Source of the DNA: Squalus acanthias
Taxonomy: Eukaryota
Length of the DNA stretch: 64,000 nucleotides
Direction: 5' to 3'
Assembly: GCA_030390025.1 (NCBI GenBank)
Contig: CM059432.1
Coordinates: 117,554,001-117,618,000 of the forward strand
Shown: one piece after another, positions 46,232 through 57,794 of the stretch
Layout of the letters: each line of letters starts with the position of its first letter
How positions within the stretch are numbered: position 1 is the stretch's first letter
The notes under the pieces: generated by a model
What the model saw: only the letters and a program-made list of their open reading frames with translations
Database searches by the model: none
What the model was told of the DNA's origin: nothing
Made by a program: the position numbers and the translations under genes

Positions 46232-47680
46232 GAAGTGCAGTTGATGTATATGGACTTTCAAAAGGCATTTGACAATGTACCACATAATAGACATGTTAGC
46301 AAAATTGAATACCATGGAATTAAAGGGACAGTGGCAGCATGGATACGAAATTGGCTAAGGGACAGAAAACAGAGAGTAGTGGTGAACGGTTGTTTTTCAG
46401 ACTGGAGGTAGGTATACAGTGGTGTTCCCCAGGCGTCGATATTAGTGTCACTGCTCTTTTTGATATATATTAATGACCTGAACTTGGGTATACAGGGCTT
46501 AATTTCAAAGTTTGTAGATGAAACAAATCTCGGAAATGTAATAAAGAATGAGAAGGATAGCAACAGACGTCAGGAGGACATAGACTGACTGGTGAAAGGT
46601 GCAGACACATGGCAGATGAAATTTAATCCAGAGAAGTGTGAAGGGATACATTTTGGTCGGAAGAATGAGGAGAGGTGATATAAACTAAATGGTACAATTT
46701 TAAAGGGGGTGCTGAAACCTGGTTGTTTACATACACAAATCTTTGAAGGTGGCAGGACAAGTTGAGCAGGCTGTTGAAAAAGCATACGGGATCTTTGGCT
46801 TTATTAATAGAGGAATAGAGTACAAAAACAAAGAAGTTATGCTAAACCTTTATAAAACACTGGTTAGGCCTCAGCTGGAGTATTGTGTCCAATTCTTGGC
46901 ACCACACTTTAGGAAGGATGTCAAGGCCTTTAAGAGGATGCAGAAGAGATTTACTAGAATGGTACCAGGGATGAGGGATTATGTGGAGAGACTGGAGAAG
47001 CTATGGTTGTTCTCCTTAGAGCAGAGAAGATTAAGATGAGATTTAATACAGGTGTTCAAAATCATGAAGGGTTTTGATGAGTAAATAAGGAGAAACTGTT
47101 TCCAGTGGCAGAAGGGTCGGTAACCAAAGGATACAGATTTAAGGTGATTGACAAAATAACCAGAGGCGACATGAGAAAACATTATTTTACGCAGCCAATT
47201 GTTATCATCTGCAATGCACTGCCTAAAAGGGTGGTGGAAGCAGATTCAATAGTAACTTTCAAAAGATAACAACAACAATAGCAACAGCTTGTATTTATAT
47301 AGCACCTTTAATGTAGTAAAACATCCCAAGGCACTTCACAGGAGTGTTATAAAACAACTGAGCCATGTAAGGAGATATTAGGGCAGGTGACCAAAAGCTT
47401 GGTCAAAGAGGTAGGTATTAAGGAGCGTCTTAAAGGAGGAAAGAAAGGTAGAGAGGTGGAAGGGTTTAGGGAGGGAATTCCAGAGCTGAGGGCCTTGGCA
47501 GCAGAAGGCACGGCCACCAATGACGGAAAGGTATCGAATGGGATAAATACTTGAAGGGAAAATATTACAGGGCTATGGGGACAGAGCAGGGGAGTGGGAC
47601 TAATTGGATAGCTCTACCAAAGAGCCGGCACAGGTATGATGGGCTGAATGACCTCTTTCTGTGCTGTATCTTTCTATGTT
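46232..47680 (+). mobile_element. CR1 RT and 3' UTR fragment with an L2 tail inserted at about 47266-47525
   Basis: YMDFQKAFD, WIRNWL and LYKTLVRPQLEYC motifs. A minus-strand L2 tail starting with (aac)n interrupts the 3' end. Confidence 0.85.
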
Positions 47681-49074
47681 ACTAGGTGCAGAGCCTAGGG
47701 CAATGATGGTGTGGTCAGAATGTCTTTGGGGCCATTGCACCTGCAAACACTCCTCATTTCAATTAGGCAGTATGTTCACAACTCCCAAAGGTTTGGACCA
47801 GTTCTTTTCTTTGTGTGGTGCCACATTCAAACAGAAACCAAAAATAATGAAGATAAGTATTGGAGGGCAAAAAATACATAAGTGGAGGCCTTCTCAGTCA
47901 AATGGACCATAATGCAGGCAAAGGAACATAACAATAATAAAAATACTTCCCTTCTTTCTTTAAGAGGCTTTCTGGAGCTTCTAAGCTAAAAGATGCTGTT
48001 TGCCCAATTTTTATGGCTGAGATTTGAGCTTTAGGCGGAGCCCTGCCCAGAGGACCATTGCGATTTACAGCCTAGAAGGCAGCCATTTGGCCCATTTTGT
48101 TTGCATCGACTTTTTGACATTGCAATCCAAAACTAATTCCATGGGTCTCTCCCCATAGCCCTGTATCTTCCTCTACTTCAAATGTACAATGACAGAAAAT
48201 CATAGGGGCCGATTCTGCAATTGGGCACTCTCAGCGGAGAAACAACATTAATAGCAAAATTTGGTTAAGAAATCACCACTCCGCAGCACTTGACATTTTA
48301 TCCATTAATTTAAATGGACAGAAAAATCAAGCACGCAGGCCTCCAAGTTCCCAACCGGCGCTCCCCGCGATCATCATTCCACGAGCACTTGATCATGGAA
48401 TCAGCTCTACTAAGCCCTCCGTTATGCAGAAGTATGAGGTAGTGTGTGCCTCCAGATTGGCCCAAAGTCGGGTGCAAAGCAGTCAGGTGCTGGAGGCTTG
48501 TGCCTGATTTTCAATGGTTGATGGCAGACGCAACACCCTAATGATGGCATGGAGAATTAGACAACAATGGGGTCAGTTTTCGCTGCCTTTGCTGGGCATT
48601 AACAGGGTGGCAATGGCCTGCTCATGCCACGGAATGTCCTATACCCTCTCAGTGATGTCCTTTACCCTAGCACCAGGGAGGCAACACACGTCAGCAGTTG
48701 CAAAAACTTGCCCTGATAATTTTATTCTCGGGATGTGGGCATTACTGGTAAGGCCAGGCCTCTAGATGATGAGTAACATAACCACTACACTATCATAACC
48801 GTGCCATTTGGCAGCAGTGGCTGCTGTAAACTCCTGAGTGGAGCAGGCCCGACACTTGGCCTGCTCATCACTGCCCAATTTCTTTGAGGGGACCTAAAAC
48901 AAGCATTAGGTACCTCATTGACCTATGTAAGGGACTTAAGGTCTGTTTTAGGTGGTCGACAGTGATGATTGAAAAATGGCCCGACCCAATTTTGAGTCGG
49001 CCATTTTTTCACGCGTCCTTGAGGCACAGGACATTGGTCCCCAAAATTGGTCCTTGTTACACCCGTTTTACACC

Positions 49075-49930
49075 CCGAATCTTTCAAATCTTGCTTTGTA
49101 TTTATATTTCCTAATACCAGGCAAGATCCTAGTGAATCTCCATTGTACCCTCTATGAAGCTTTAATATCCTTCCTACAGTTTGGAGCCCAAAACTGTGCA
49201 TAGTACTTGAACTGAGGTCTTATTAAGGTTTTATAGAGTCTCTTGATCTTTGTATTCTGTATCTCGTGAGATAGGACCTGGATTTCTAGAAGCTTTTTAC
49301 AGCCTTATTTACCTGAGTTGCTGCCTGTAATCTTCTGTGTACTGCCAAGACCCTCACCTCTTCCACTGCACCAATGCTTCTTCCATTCGGAGTATAATTA
49401 CTGCTGTTTTTTTTTACCAAAGTACATCACTGCACACTTATTGACATTGAAGTCAATCTGCTGCTTTTTAGCCCATTCTTCCATCTTATCAATAATCCCT
49501 TTCAGTTTCCTTTGGCCTTCTGAAGAATTAACTATACCTCCTATTTTGGTTCATCAGCAAATTTTCACGCCATCCCCTCTAGGCCTATACAAGATTATTG
49601 ATATACACAGTGAACACAAGTGGCACCAGAACTAAATCCTGAGGGACACCACGGCCCACTTTCAACAATTCTGAAAAACTGCCCTTAAGTCCTACTTGCT
49701 GCTTTCTCTCTTCTAATCAGTTTTTAATCCAGTTTTCTAACCTCCCCCTAAATCCATATCACTTAATCTTCTCTAGTAATCTCCATGTGGTACCTTGTCA
49801 AGACTTTCCTAAATTCCATGCAAAGTACATCCACTTAATTTCTCCAACTACCATGTTTGTTACCTCTTCAAATAATTCTATGAGGTTTGCCAAGCACAGT
49901 TGTCCCATTTGAAATCCATGCTGGCTGGAT
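49075..49930 (-). mobile_element. Old CR1 RT fragment
   Basis: Degenerate similarity to the QHGF...DKVPH...GVPQ region. Confidence 0.55.
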
Positions 49931-50700
49931 TCATTTGGAGTAATGACCATGGGAAGCTTAATAACGTATCAATGAGAACATTGCCCTCCCCATGCAATAC
50001 CTGTCTGCTCCTAATTCCCTTTACCTCTATGTTATCCTATGAATCAGCTTAATATATCGGTATATCCCTGTAACCAAGTTAACAGTGCAGAAGGGAAGGT
50101 TGAAAATGATAGAAAAAGGAGGAGAGAGGAAAATAAATAGTAATATATAGCATTGATGTTTGATCATTTATCCAGATTCAAATCCTAAATTTTGAAACAT
50201 TTTCTGCTGTTCCAGTATCTCACGTCTTCAAAAATTGAAATTTGGTTTTGAAAAACAACGTAGCAAAGTTAGAATTGATGGTGGTTTTCCTTCATTACTA
50301 ATTACTTTCAGAGAGTACTCATCAGATTAGACATTGTCTAGTTCCTGAGCACAACAGCTGGCATCTAAGTCACATGACAAAATATAAAATTTAAACAGGG
50401 AATTGATTCCCATAAAAGTGCCATTAAAACTCTAGCTCCAGCTAAATTGGTTTTCTCCTGGAGCTGAAGATTGAATTGTTGAATACGACCTGTGACTTAC
50501 TGTATAAAATGTTTATTGTTCAATGACTCAGTCCACATACATCATCTGAACATGTTCAGCAGTTGCATAGATATAGTATGCTGTGAGTATTTTATCTATA
50601 GTGTATTTCTTGTTTGTTGTAAAGATCTATAAAGGTGTGGAGTGGACTTGAAGTAGGTCTGAAGTCAGAGGACTCTAGAATAGGACACTACAAATTAAAT

Positions 50701-50735
50701 GTTCTGATGAAAGGTCATCGACCTGAAACGTCAAC
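50701..50735 (+). ncRNA. Minimal type I hammerhead ribozyme motif in a Penelope-like terminus
   Basis: GTT-CTGATGA-A-AGGTC/atc/GACCT-GAAA-CGT-C-AAC: intact core, stem II, palindromic ACGU stem III, a GUC cleavage triplet and GTT/AAC stem I. Confidence 0.65.
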
Positions 50736-50797
50736 TCTCTTTCTCTCTCCACGGATGCTGCCTGGCCTGCTGAGTTTTTCCAGCGTTTTCTGTTGTT
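50702..50797 (+). mobile_element. 96-bp Penelope-like terminal insertion with a 15-bp flanking duplication
   Basis: ACTACAAATTAAATG at 50687-50701 and 50798-50812. Confidence 0.75.
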
Positions 50798-51049
50798 ACT
50801 ACAAATTAAATGATGCCCTTGGAGTATAATAGCATCTACAAGGAAGAAGAACAACTAGGCCATTCAAACTCAATGACAACAAATGGGTCCCATCTTCTTG
50901 AGTGTTTAGAAATAGAACACACAGTGCAGTTTGAGGACAGTCATCTAGACTATGATGAAGACTACTAATGTCTCCTTGTTAAATAAGGGGAATTTGCTCC
51001 AGAAGGTGATATTAGCTAGACTGAGTAGAGAGGATGGAGTTAACTATAG

Positions 51050-51395
51050 ATTTTTTTAAATATATTTGTTCTCTGGCTGTGGGCAACATTGGCAAGGCTA
51101 CATTTATTGCCCATCAGTAGTTGCCCAAGTAACAAGTTTTTGTACAACTGAGCAATTTGCTAGGGCACTTCAAACATCAAACCACATAGTGTGCACTAGA
51201 GTTACATGTTGACCAGACTGGGTAGGGGAAGAACGTAAGTGAATCAGTGTTTTTACAACAATCCAGAAACTTTCATGGTTATTTTATTTTGGTACTAGAC
51301 CACAGATTTACTAGATTTACTGAATTCAATTTCAGAATTTGCCGTGATGAGATTTGTGTTGCTAGTCCAGTACCATAACCACTACACTACCACAG
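51050..51395 (-). mobile_element. Degenerate tRNA-derived SINE with a LINE-type tail
   Basis: The reverse strand starts ggtagtgtagtggttatggtactggactagc (tRNA-like A box) and ends in an A-rich tail. Confidence 0.45.
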
Positions 51396-51859
51396 CCATC
51401 ACAGAAAATTGGTACTGTAGCCAATACCTGAACTATTTTTGAAGGGCTAGGACTATCCTCTCTGTCATCCTTATGGAATGGCCTGCCATACTTTGCCAAA
51501 GCTCAAATCAATTCTTCCATTTGGGATGTGGGAATATCACTTGGCTAAACTGTGTCTTAGTGACCAGAGGGAGCAAGTACAATACTTGCTAAAGAATCTG
51601 CACTTGGTTTGGATCAAAATCCAGTGAGCCATCAGCTCAAAGTGGATGTGCAACTTCAAACAAGGAGGTCAATGTGTAGTCTTAATTGAGCAGAAGTCTA
51701 ATGGCCAAATATTATCTGTTCTGGTTGAACCTTAACAAAATTGCTCTGTGTTTGAAAGATGCTAATCCCACCCATTTGGAACAGGCATCAACAGAGGGCT
51801 GTAAGAGAAAGTTGGAATATTCATTTGAAGGAAACTTGATTTTCCACTTTCTATGCTTC

Positions 51860-52550
51860 TAGTCAACGGTAACCCCCCCAAGGATGTTGATGGCGGGGGA
51901 TTCAACGATGGTAATGCCATTGACTATCAAGGGGTAGACTTTCTCAAGTTATTGAACCAGGGTTGGTCCCCTGGCTTGATAGTAATGGTAGAGTGAGGAA
52001 TATGCCGGGCCATGAGGTTACAGATTGTGGTGGAATACAATTCTGCTGCTGCTGATGGCCCACAGCACCTTATGGATGCCCAGTTTTCAGCTGCTAGATC
52101 TGTTCTGAATATATCCCATTTAGTACGGTGGTAGTGCCACACAACACGATGAAGGGAAGATGGGACTTCATCCCCACAAGGACTGTGCAGTGGTCACTCC
52201 TACCAGTACTGTCATGGACAGATGCATCTACGACAGGTAGATTGGTGAGGACAAGGTCAAGTAGGTTTTTCCGTCGTGTTTATTCTCTCACCTCCTGCCG
52301 CAGGCCCAGTGTGGCAGCTCTAACCTTCAGGACTCGGTCAGCTCAGTCAGTAGTGGTGCTACTGAGCCACTCTTGGTGATGGACATTGAAGTCCACCAAC
52401 CAGAGTACATTTGGTGTCCTTGCTACTTCAGTGCTTCTTCCAAGTGGTGTTCAACATGGAGGAGTACTGATTCATCAGCCGAGGGAGGGCAGTAGGTGGT
52501 AATCAGCAGGAAGTTTCCTTGCCCATGTTTGACCTGATGCCATGAGATTT
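51860..52550 (-). mobile_element. Non-LTR retrotransposon APE-endonuclease region fragment
   Basis: Minus strand gives DFNVHHQEWL...SDHCTVL...WHYHRTKWDIFRTDL...DQPWFN. Confidence 0.7.
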
Positions 52551-53347
52551 CAATGCTGTGCCCTATATGGTCTGAAAGAGTTTTTTTTTATCTCATAGTG
52601 GACATGGTAGGTGATGTTTTCTGATAGCGGGGACACCTCACAGTAGAGATCATAATTCTTGCTGCAAAAATTATTGGGCTGATTTTGCAGGATTTCCCAA
52701 GATTGGCCTTATTATATAATCGTGGCAAACACCCAGTCCAGACTGTGCCTGCCTACCGGAGCTTGCTGCGAATGAGGATGGGAAATAGTGCACAACTGCA
52801 GTTCGTAAAGGCTCCAGGCATAATAATTGTTGCTGAGTAGGTTAAATGCAACCTCAAACATCCAGAGGAGCTGTAGATAGATCAGGAAAAAGCTCAATAG
52901 CCTCAGGAAGATATAACTAGCCAGCATTGCACTACATCAAACAGAAGGGCACAGTATGCAAGCCACAGCCAGTTTCCTCTGGCTCTGTCAAAGTGTGACT
53001 GAGACTGCTTGCTAATGCCTCACAGAGCAGCTCTTTCCAAGCTTCAAGTGCCTGCCCATACTGGAGTAGGGCACACTCTATTACTGCCAATTCAAACTGC
53101 AACTATTGACATTTGATCATTTGGAAAAGTAAACGCACAACACAAACCTTTCACATAACGAACCTGCATAATGCATGTTCACTTACTCATAGACTCAAGG
53201 TGGCCACTTGTCTATGTGATTTTCACAATTCCAACATAGAAATAAATAGAGAAATCCGATTGGAGTGCCCGTTTTCAATATTATAATTGTAGCAACTAAA
53301 AATATGGCAGCCAAAACACTTGGGTAAAAGCCACCAAAAAAAAACAT

Positions 53348-54080
53348 GGTCCCGGAATTTGCAGTCAGCGGTGAAGCTGCTGGCCCCGAAGAAAGCTGCC
53401 CACAGAGATCTTGTGATCTCTGTGGTGAGAAGTTTGCCTTTTTCGATGTTCAATTGATTTCAGCGCTCTGTAATGGGAATTCCCTAGTGCTCTGCTGCTG
53501 TGACGGCAACAAGCTGTCTAAGCAGCCAATCACATTGCAGAATTCTCACAGATAGGGAACCAGGAAATGAGAACCTGCTTTTATCCAGACATTTAAAAAA
53601 TGTTACAGAGAGCGAAACAAAGACTGGGACTCTCACGTGGGATAAGGTAGAAGCTGAAATATCATGAATAAACTTAATCATTTTTTTATAAAGCTTTTAA
53701 AAAATTCTAATTTTTATCATAATGGCGAAATTTGACACTCCACCACTATAAAAAATAGTTTTTCAGGGCCATAACATTTGTTTAGCAGTCAATACGCTGT
53801 TAAAGCCCCAGTTACACCGAATCCAACAAGGCTTAACATTTAATGGGGTAGTTAACAGCGATATTACCATGGAAAAGCCCAAGTTTTCATCAGTTTCACT
53901 GATTACACCGATTACACTGATTGCCGGCTTTGAGGTGCAGGGGTCCACAGCGTAGTCAGTGTCGGAGCAGTGAATGACTGACCGCAACTTCAGGATTTCT
54001 GCGTTTAGATACGCATGTGCTAAATCCTGAAGGTGCGGTCAGTTTCAGAGGGATAATAACGGCAAATGCAAATTCCGGGC
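53348..54080. mobile_element. Harbinger-type MITE
   Basis: Inverted termini cccggaatttgc and gcaaattccggg, with CAT on both flanks. Confidence 0.6.
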
Positions 54081-54314
54081 CATGACCTCAAATAGCACTG
54101 AAAATAATACCTAGCACTAATCTAAGGATAAACTACACTTTCAAATACACTTCTTCAAAAACAGCAGGTGCCTCTTTAAACACAGACTTCTTATTAACCT
54201 AGAATGAGCCAGTCCCCAGACTCCAGGCATAGCGTATTCCCAGCAATAAGCATGGGCAAATGTACATACGGTCATAAGCATATCATTACAACAACAACAA
54301 CCTTAAAAGAACTT

Positions 54315-55206
54315 GGGGGAAAAATTCAGTTGGTTGCGCCTCCCGTTAGCGCCTTAAGAGGGTGCTAATGGGGCGCAAAGCAACTGGCGCCCGGGCGCGG
54401 CGATGTTTGCGCCGCTCGCGAAATTAACTAGACATTTTGCGGCGGCGCTAAACACTACCGCCACGATCTCCTGCGCCGGCAGATCGTGACGTCAGTCGAG
54501 TGTGTAACGCCCCGGTAGTGCCCCGGAGCGTATATTGAGTGGCGCCCCCTGCCTTACCGCCTGCCGCTAGCAACGACAGGTTGAGGGGAGCGTTTTGCAG
54601 TCAGGAAGGGTCTGGGGGAGCGCTATTTAAAGGCGATCGATTCTGCCTTTTATTGTTGGTGACATTTTAGAACCACGCATTCTGAGAGAGAGAGAGACAG
54701 ACTTCTGGAGAGATTCAACGCTGTGTGAAAGAGTTTTGGGTACTGAGCTGCACTTTGCAGTTTCATTTTGATTTGTCCTTCCTTGTATCGATTTAGAAGA
54801 GACTGTGTGTGCTGCACTCTGAGCTCTTTCCCTGGTACTCTCCATTGTTCTTTCCAGCAGATTTGATGTACAGGTCTCTCCATGCCGAGATTCAAGGCTG
54901 CAATGAGCAGGATGTGGATGGAAAACAAGATCAACCCTCCCCTTTAAGAACAGGCCCGCGCCATTGTGTGTGTGTTCCATTGCTGACTGACATCACATGA
55001 GCTTCGCCAGCGCTCTGAGTTAGCGCCTCACTCCTCAGCCTTTGCGCCTTAAGACAGATGTGTAGCGGCTGATTTAGCGCTCCAATCACCTCCAGGGGCG
55101 ATAAAAGTCAAGTTTGCAGTCAGAGGCGATAATTAGCGCCAGGCGCTAATCTTTGCGCCGGGCCGATAATTCCGCCCCAAATGGGGCAATACTGAATTTT
55201 TCCCCC
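54315..55206 (+). mobile_element. 892-bp non-autonomous derivative related to Harbinger family A
   Basis: Perfect 16-bp TIR GGGGGAAAAATTCAGT and CTT TSD (54312-54314, 55207-55209). Both subtermini match family A, and the Myb start MESTRERAQ is retained. Inserted into an L2 tail. Confidence 0.9.
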
Positions 55207-55819
55207 CTTATATTTATATAGCGCCTTTAATGTAATAAAATCTCCCAAGGCACTTCACAGTAGTGTTATCAAAAAAAAATTGACCCCGAGCCATATAAGG
55301 AGATATTACAGCAGATGACGAAAAGCTTGGTCGAAGAGATAGGTTTTAACAAGAGTCTGAAAGTAGGAAAGAGAAGTAGAGAGGAGGAGAGATTTAGGCA
55401 GGGAAATCCAGAGTTTATGACCTAGGCAGCTGAAGGCACGCCTGCCAATGGTGGAGCATTTAAAATCGGAGATGTTCAAAAGTCCAGAATAGGTGGAGCG
55501 CATTACATGCATTGTAACATTAAAATGAAGCTCTCGTATGTTTTTGACAAGAGATCCTAAGGTCCACCTTAAGGCCCAGTGCGGAATGGGCGAAGGTTCA
55601 GTGTGATGGATCTCTGCCTGATTTTCTAACCTCTACAGAACCTGTTCTGCTCCAGTGCCACCAATGACAGTGATCTAAAAATGTCCCTTCGGATACAACT
55701 ACAAGCATAGAATAATCCAGACCAATATTTACCTTTTCAGAGGCTCTGACGAGGCCATAACTTTAAGACAGTCATCTTTATCATCTTTTTTTGATAATGA
55801 ATGAAGACTGGAAGCATAT

Positions 55820-55935
55820 AGCCATGACTCATGACACCCATGCTCCACCCACAGACAGAAGCAGAATGAAGGTGCAATAATGCTTATCCTTCAACCTGAA
55901 TTATTGTCAAACATACCACTGGTATCTTGAAGCAG
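55820..55935 (+). pseudogene. Ancient Harbinger transposase fragment
   Basis: P*LMTPMLHPQTEAE*RCNNAY...KHTTGILKQ resembles the WLMTP...YN..H..TR..IE.TIGVLKQ block. Confidence 0.55.
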
Positions 55936-57794
55936 TCCTCTGTCTCAAGTGATTGAGGGTGGCTTTATGGAACAACTACCCTAATCCCCCTCAGGTTTCC
56001 AGAATAACAATGTTCTGCTTCATATGCTGTGACTTCATCCAGAGACCCGTATTCAGTACAAAGCTTGATGAACAGGATGGCAAAGTCATGGCAGAGTAAA
56101 AGGGTTAAAATGCTAATGAGGAATTAGCAGTGGTACCAGCAATGTTGCAAGGAAGACAAGTGTGCCAGACACTGCTACCAGATGCTTTCCAAGGAGTACC
56201 ACAGCTGCAATATGTATTAATGGGGAAAATCACACCTGCAAAATAACTGTGCTCAAACCACCTTCTATGATGTTTTCATACTTTGTTCCTCAAATACCAC
56301 CTATTGCCATCTTATGCCGGACTCCAGCTATACTGTAACCAATGGCGGTGCTTGTGCTTTGTGTCAGATGTGGGACACCTGACCTACCACTTCCTCTAAC
56401 TAACTCACTTGTGGAAAGAATACATGAGCTGGCTCACCACAGGATTTCACTGAGAGCCTGCTGGGATCCTGGTAGGCTATGAAGTACCTGCATATAATGC
56501 TGAGGTGGCTGACTCGTGTTGCCAGCTTTAAATCATCTCCTCCCATGCCTTGTGCAATGGGTGCATTGCAGGTAGAGGGGTCGGAGAGGGGAGTGGGGGC
56601 ATGGCCATCTGTCCCTTAAATTGTGCACCTTCTCTTTGTGTGTCTGCAGAAGGGTTTGCTGCTTGTGGCCGGTCAAATTGGCTTTTCAGATTCAGTAATA
56701 CTAAATTTTACAGCAATTTTATTGAGTAAGCAGCTGGCTTTACCTTCCCCGTGCTATTTCAAATGCTTAAGTGGCTCCTAATTGCTGATTTAGACAATTA
56801 GTGCTGCTTCCATTGCATTAGCTAGTCCATTGTGTGTGGGAGAGAGTCCACATTATAGCCCATAGAATGAAAGCAGGAAAATCATGTGTAAACCAGCAGA
56901 AGTAAATTATCCCCAAACCTTGTAAGGAGTGATTTTAGGAGTCTGCTCTGCCATCAGGGAACTTCACCTATTGGCTGTGCATACTAGAATTTTGAGCATC
57001 TGCTGTCCATGATTTTCAGACCATTAAAGTTAATGGGTTGGGTTCGGACCCCACTCTAGACAGCCCCGGTGAGCAAGAATGGCGGCTCTGAATACTGGGT
57101 GGATGTCCAGCAGGGGTACTTGCGTCCAATGGGTGCTGGTGAACTATACACCCCCAACTCCCTCATCGTAAGGGTAGTCGGTGTTCTCTAGCCTTGGTTG
57201 CTGCCCACCTAGGAGAAGGTACTCAGAAGATAAAAACCACAAGTAAGGCAACGGGGACCCCCCTCAGCTACGGTTTCCGAGTAAGTGGCTCAAGAATCTC
57301 AGGTGTGAGACTTGAATTCGGACCTGCCCTGGGGCAGAATACAATGGATGGATGGACATGGGCCCAAACAACTGTACCCTAGTATACTCAAGAAAATGAG
57401 CAGTGCGGCTTAAGTTAATGTATAAAGAAACACCATACTGCAGGGGTTGGAGACTTGTAGGATGGCTGATGAGATTCTGATATTCAAAACAGGGGTAAGG
57501 TATGAATCAGGCAAATATAGTCCAGTTAATCTAACAACAATGGAGACAATGCTCAAAAACATTTTACAAAATGTTATTAATGTTCATCCAAAGAAAGCGG
57601 AGGCCATAAGGAATAATTGGTATGGATTTAAAAATGATAGGTCATGGCCTATGAATTCACTCATTGAGGTGGAAACTAAATTGACAGATGAGAGTTTTAC
57701 AGTAGACATGATTTAATTCCATTTTCAGAAGATGTGATAATGTTCTGCACATAAGTCTTATAAAAATGACTTAAGGCTCATGGCATTATGGCAA

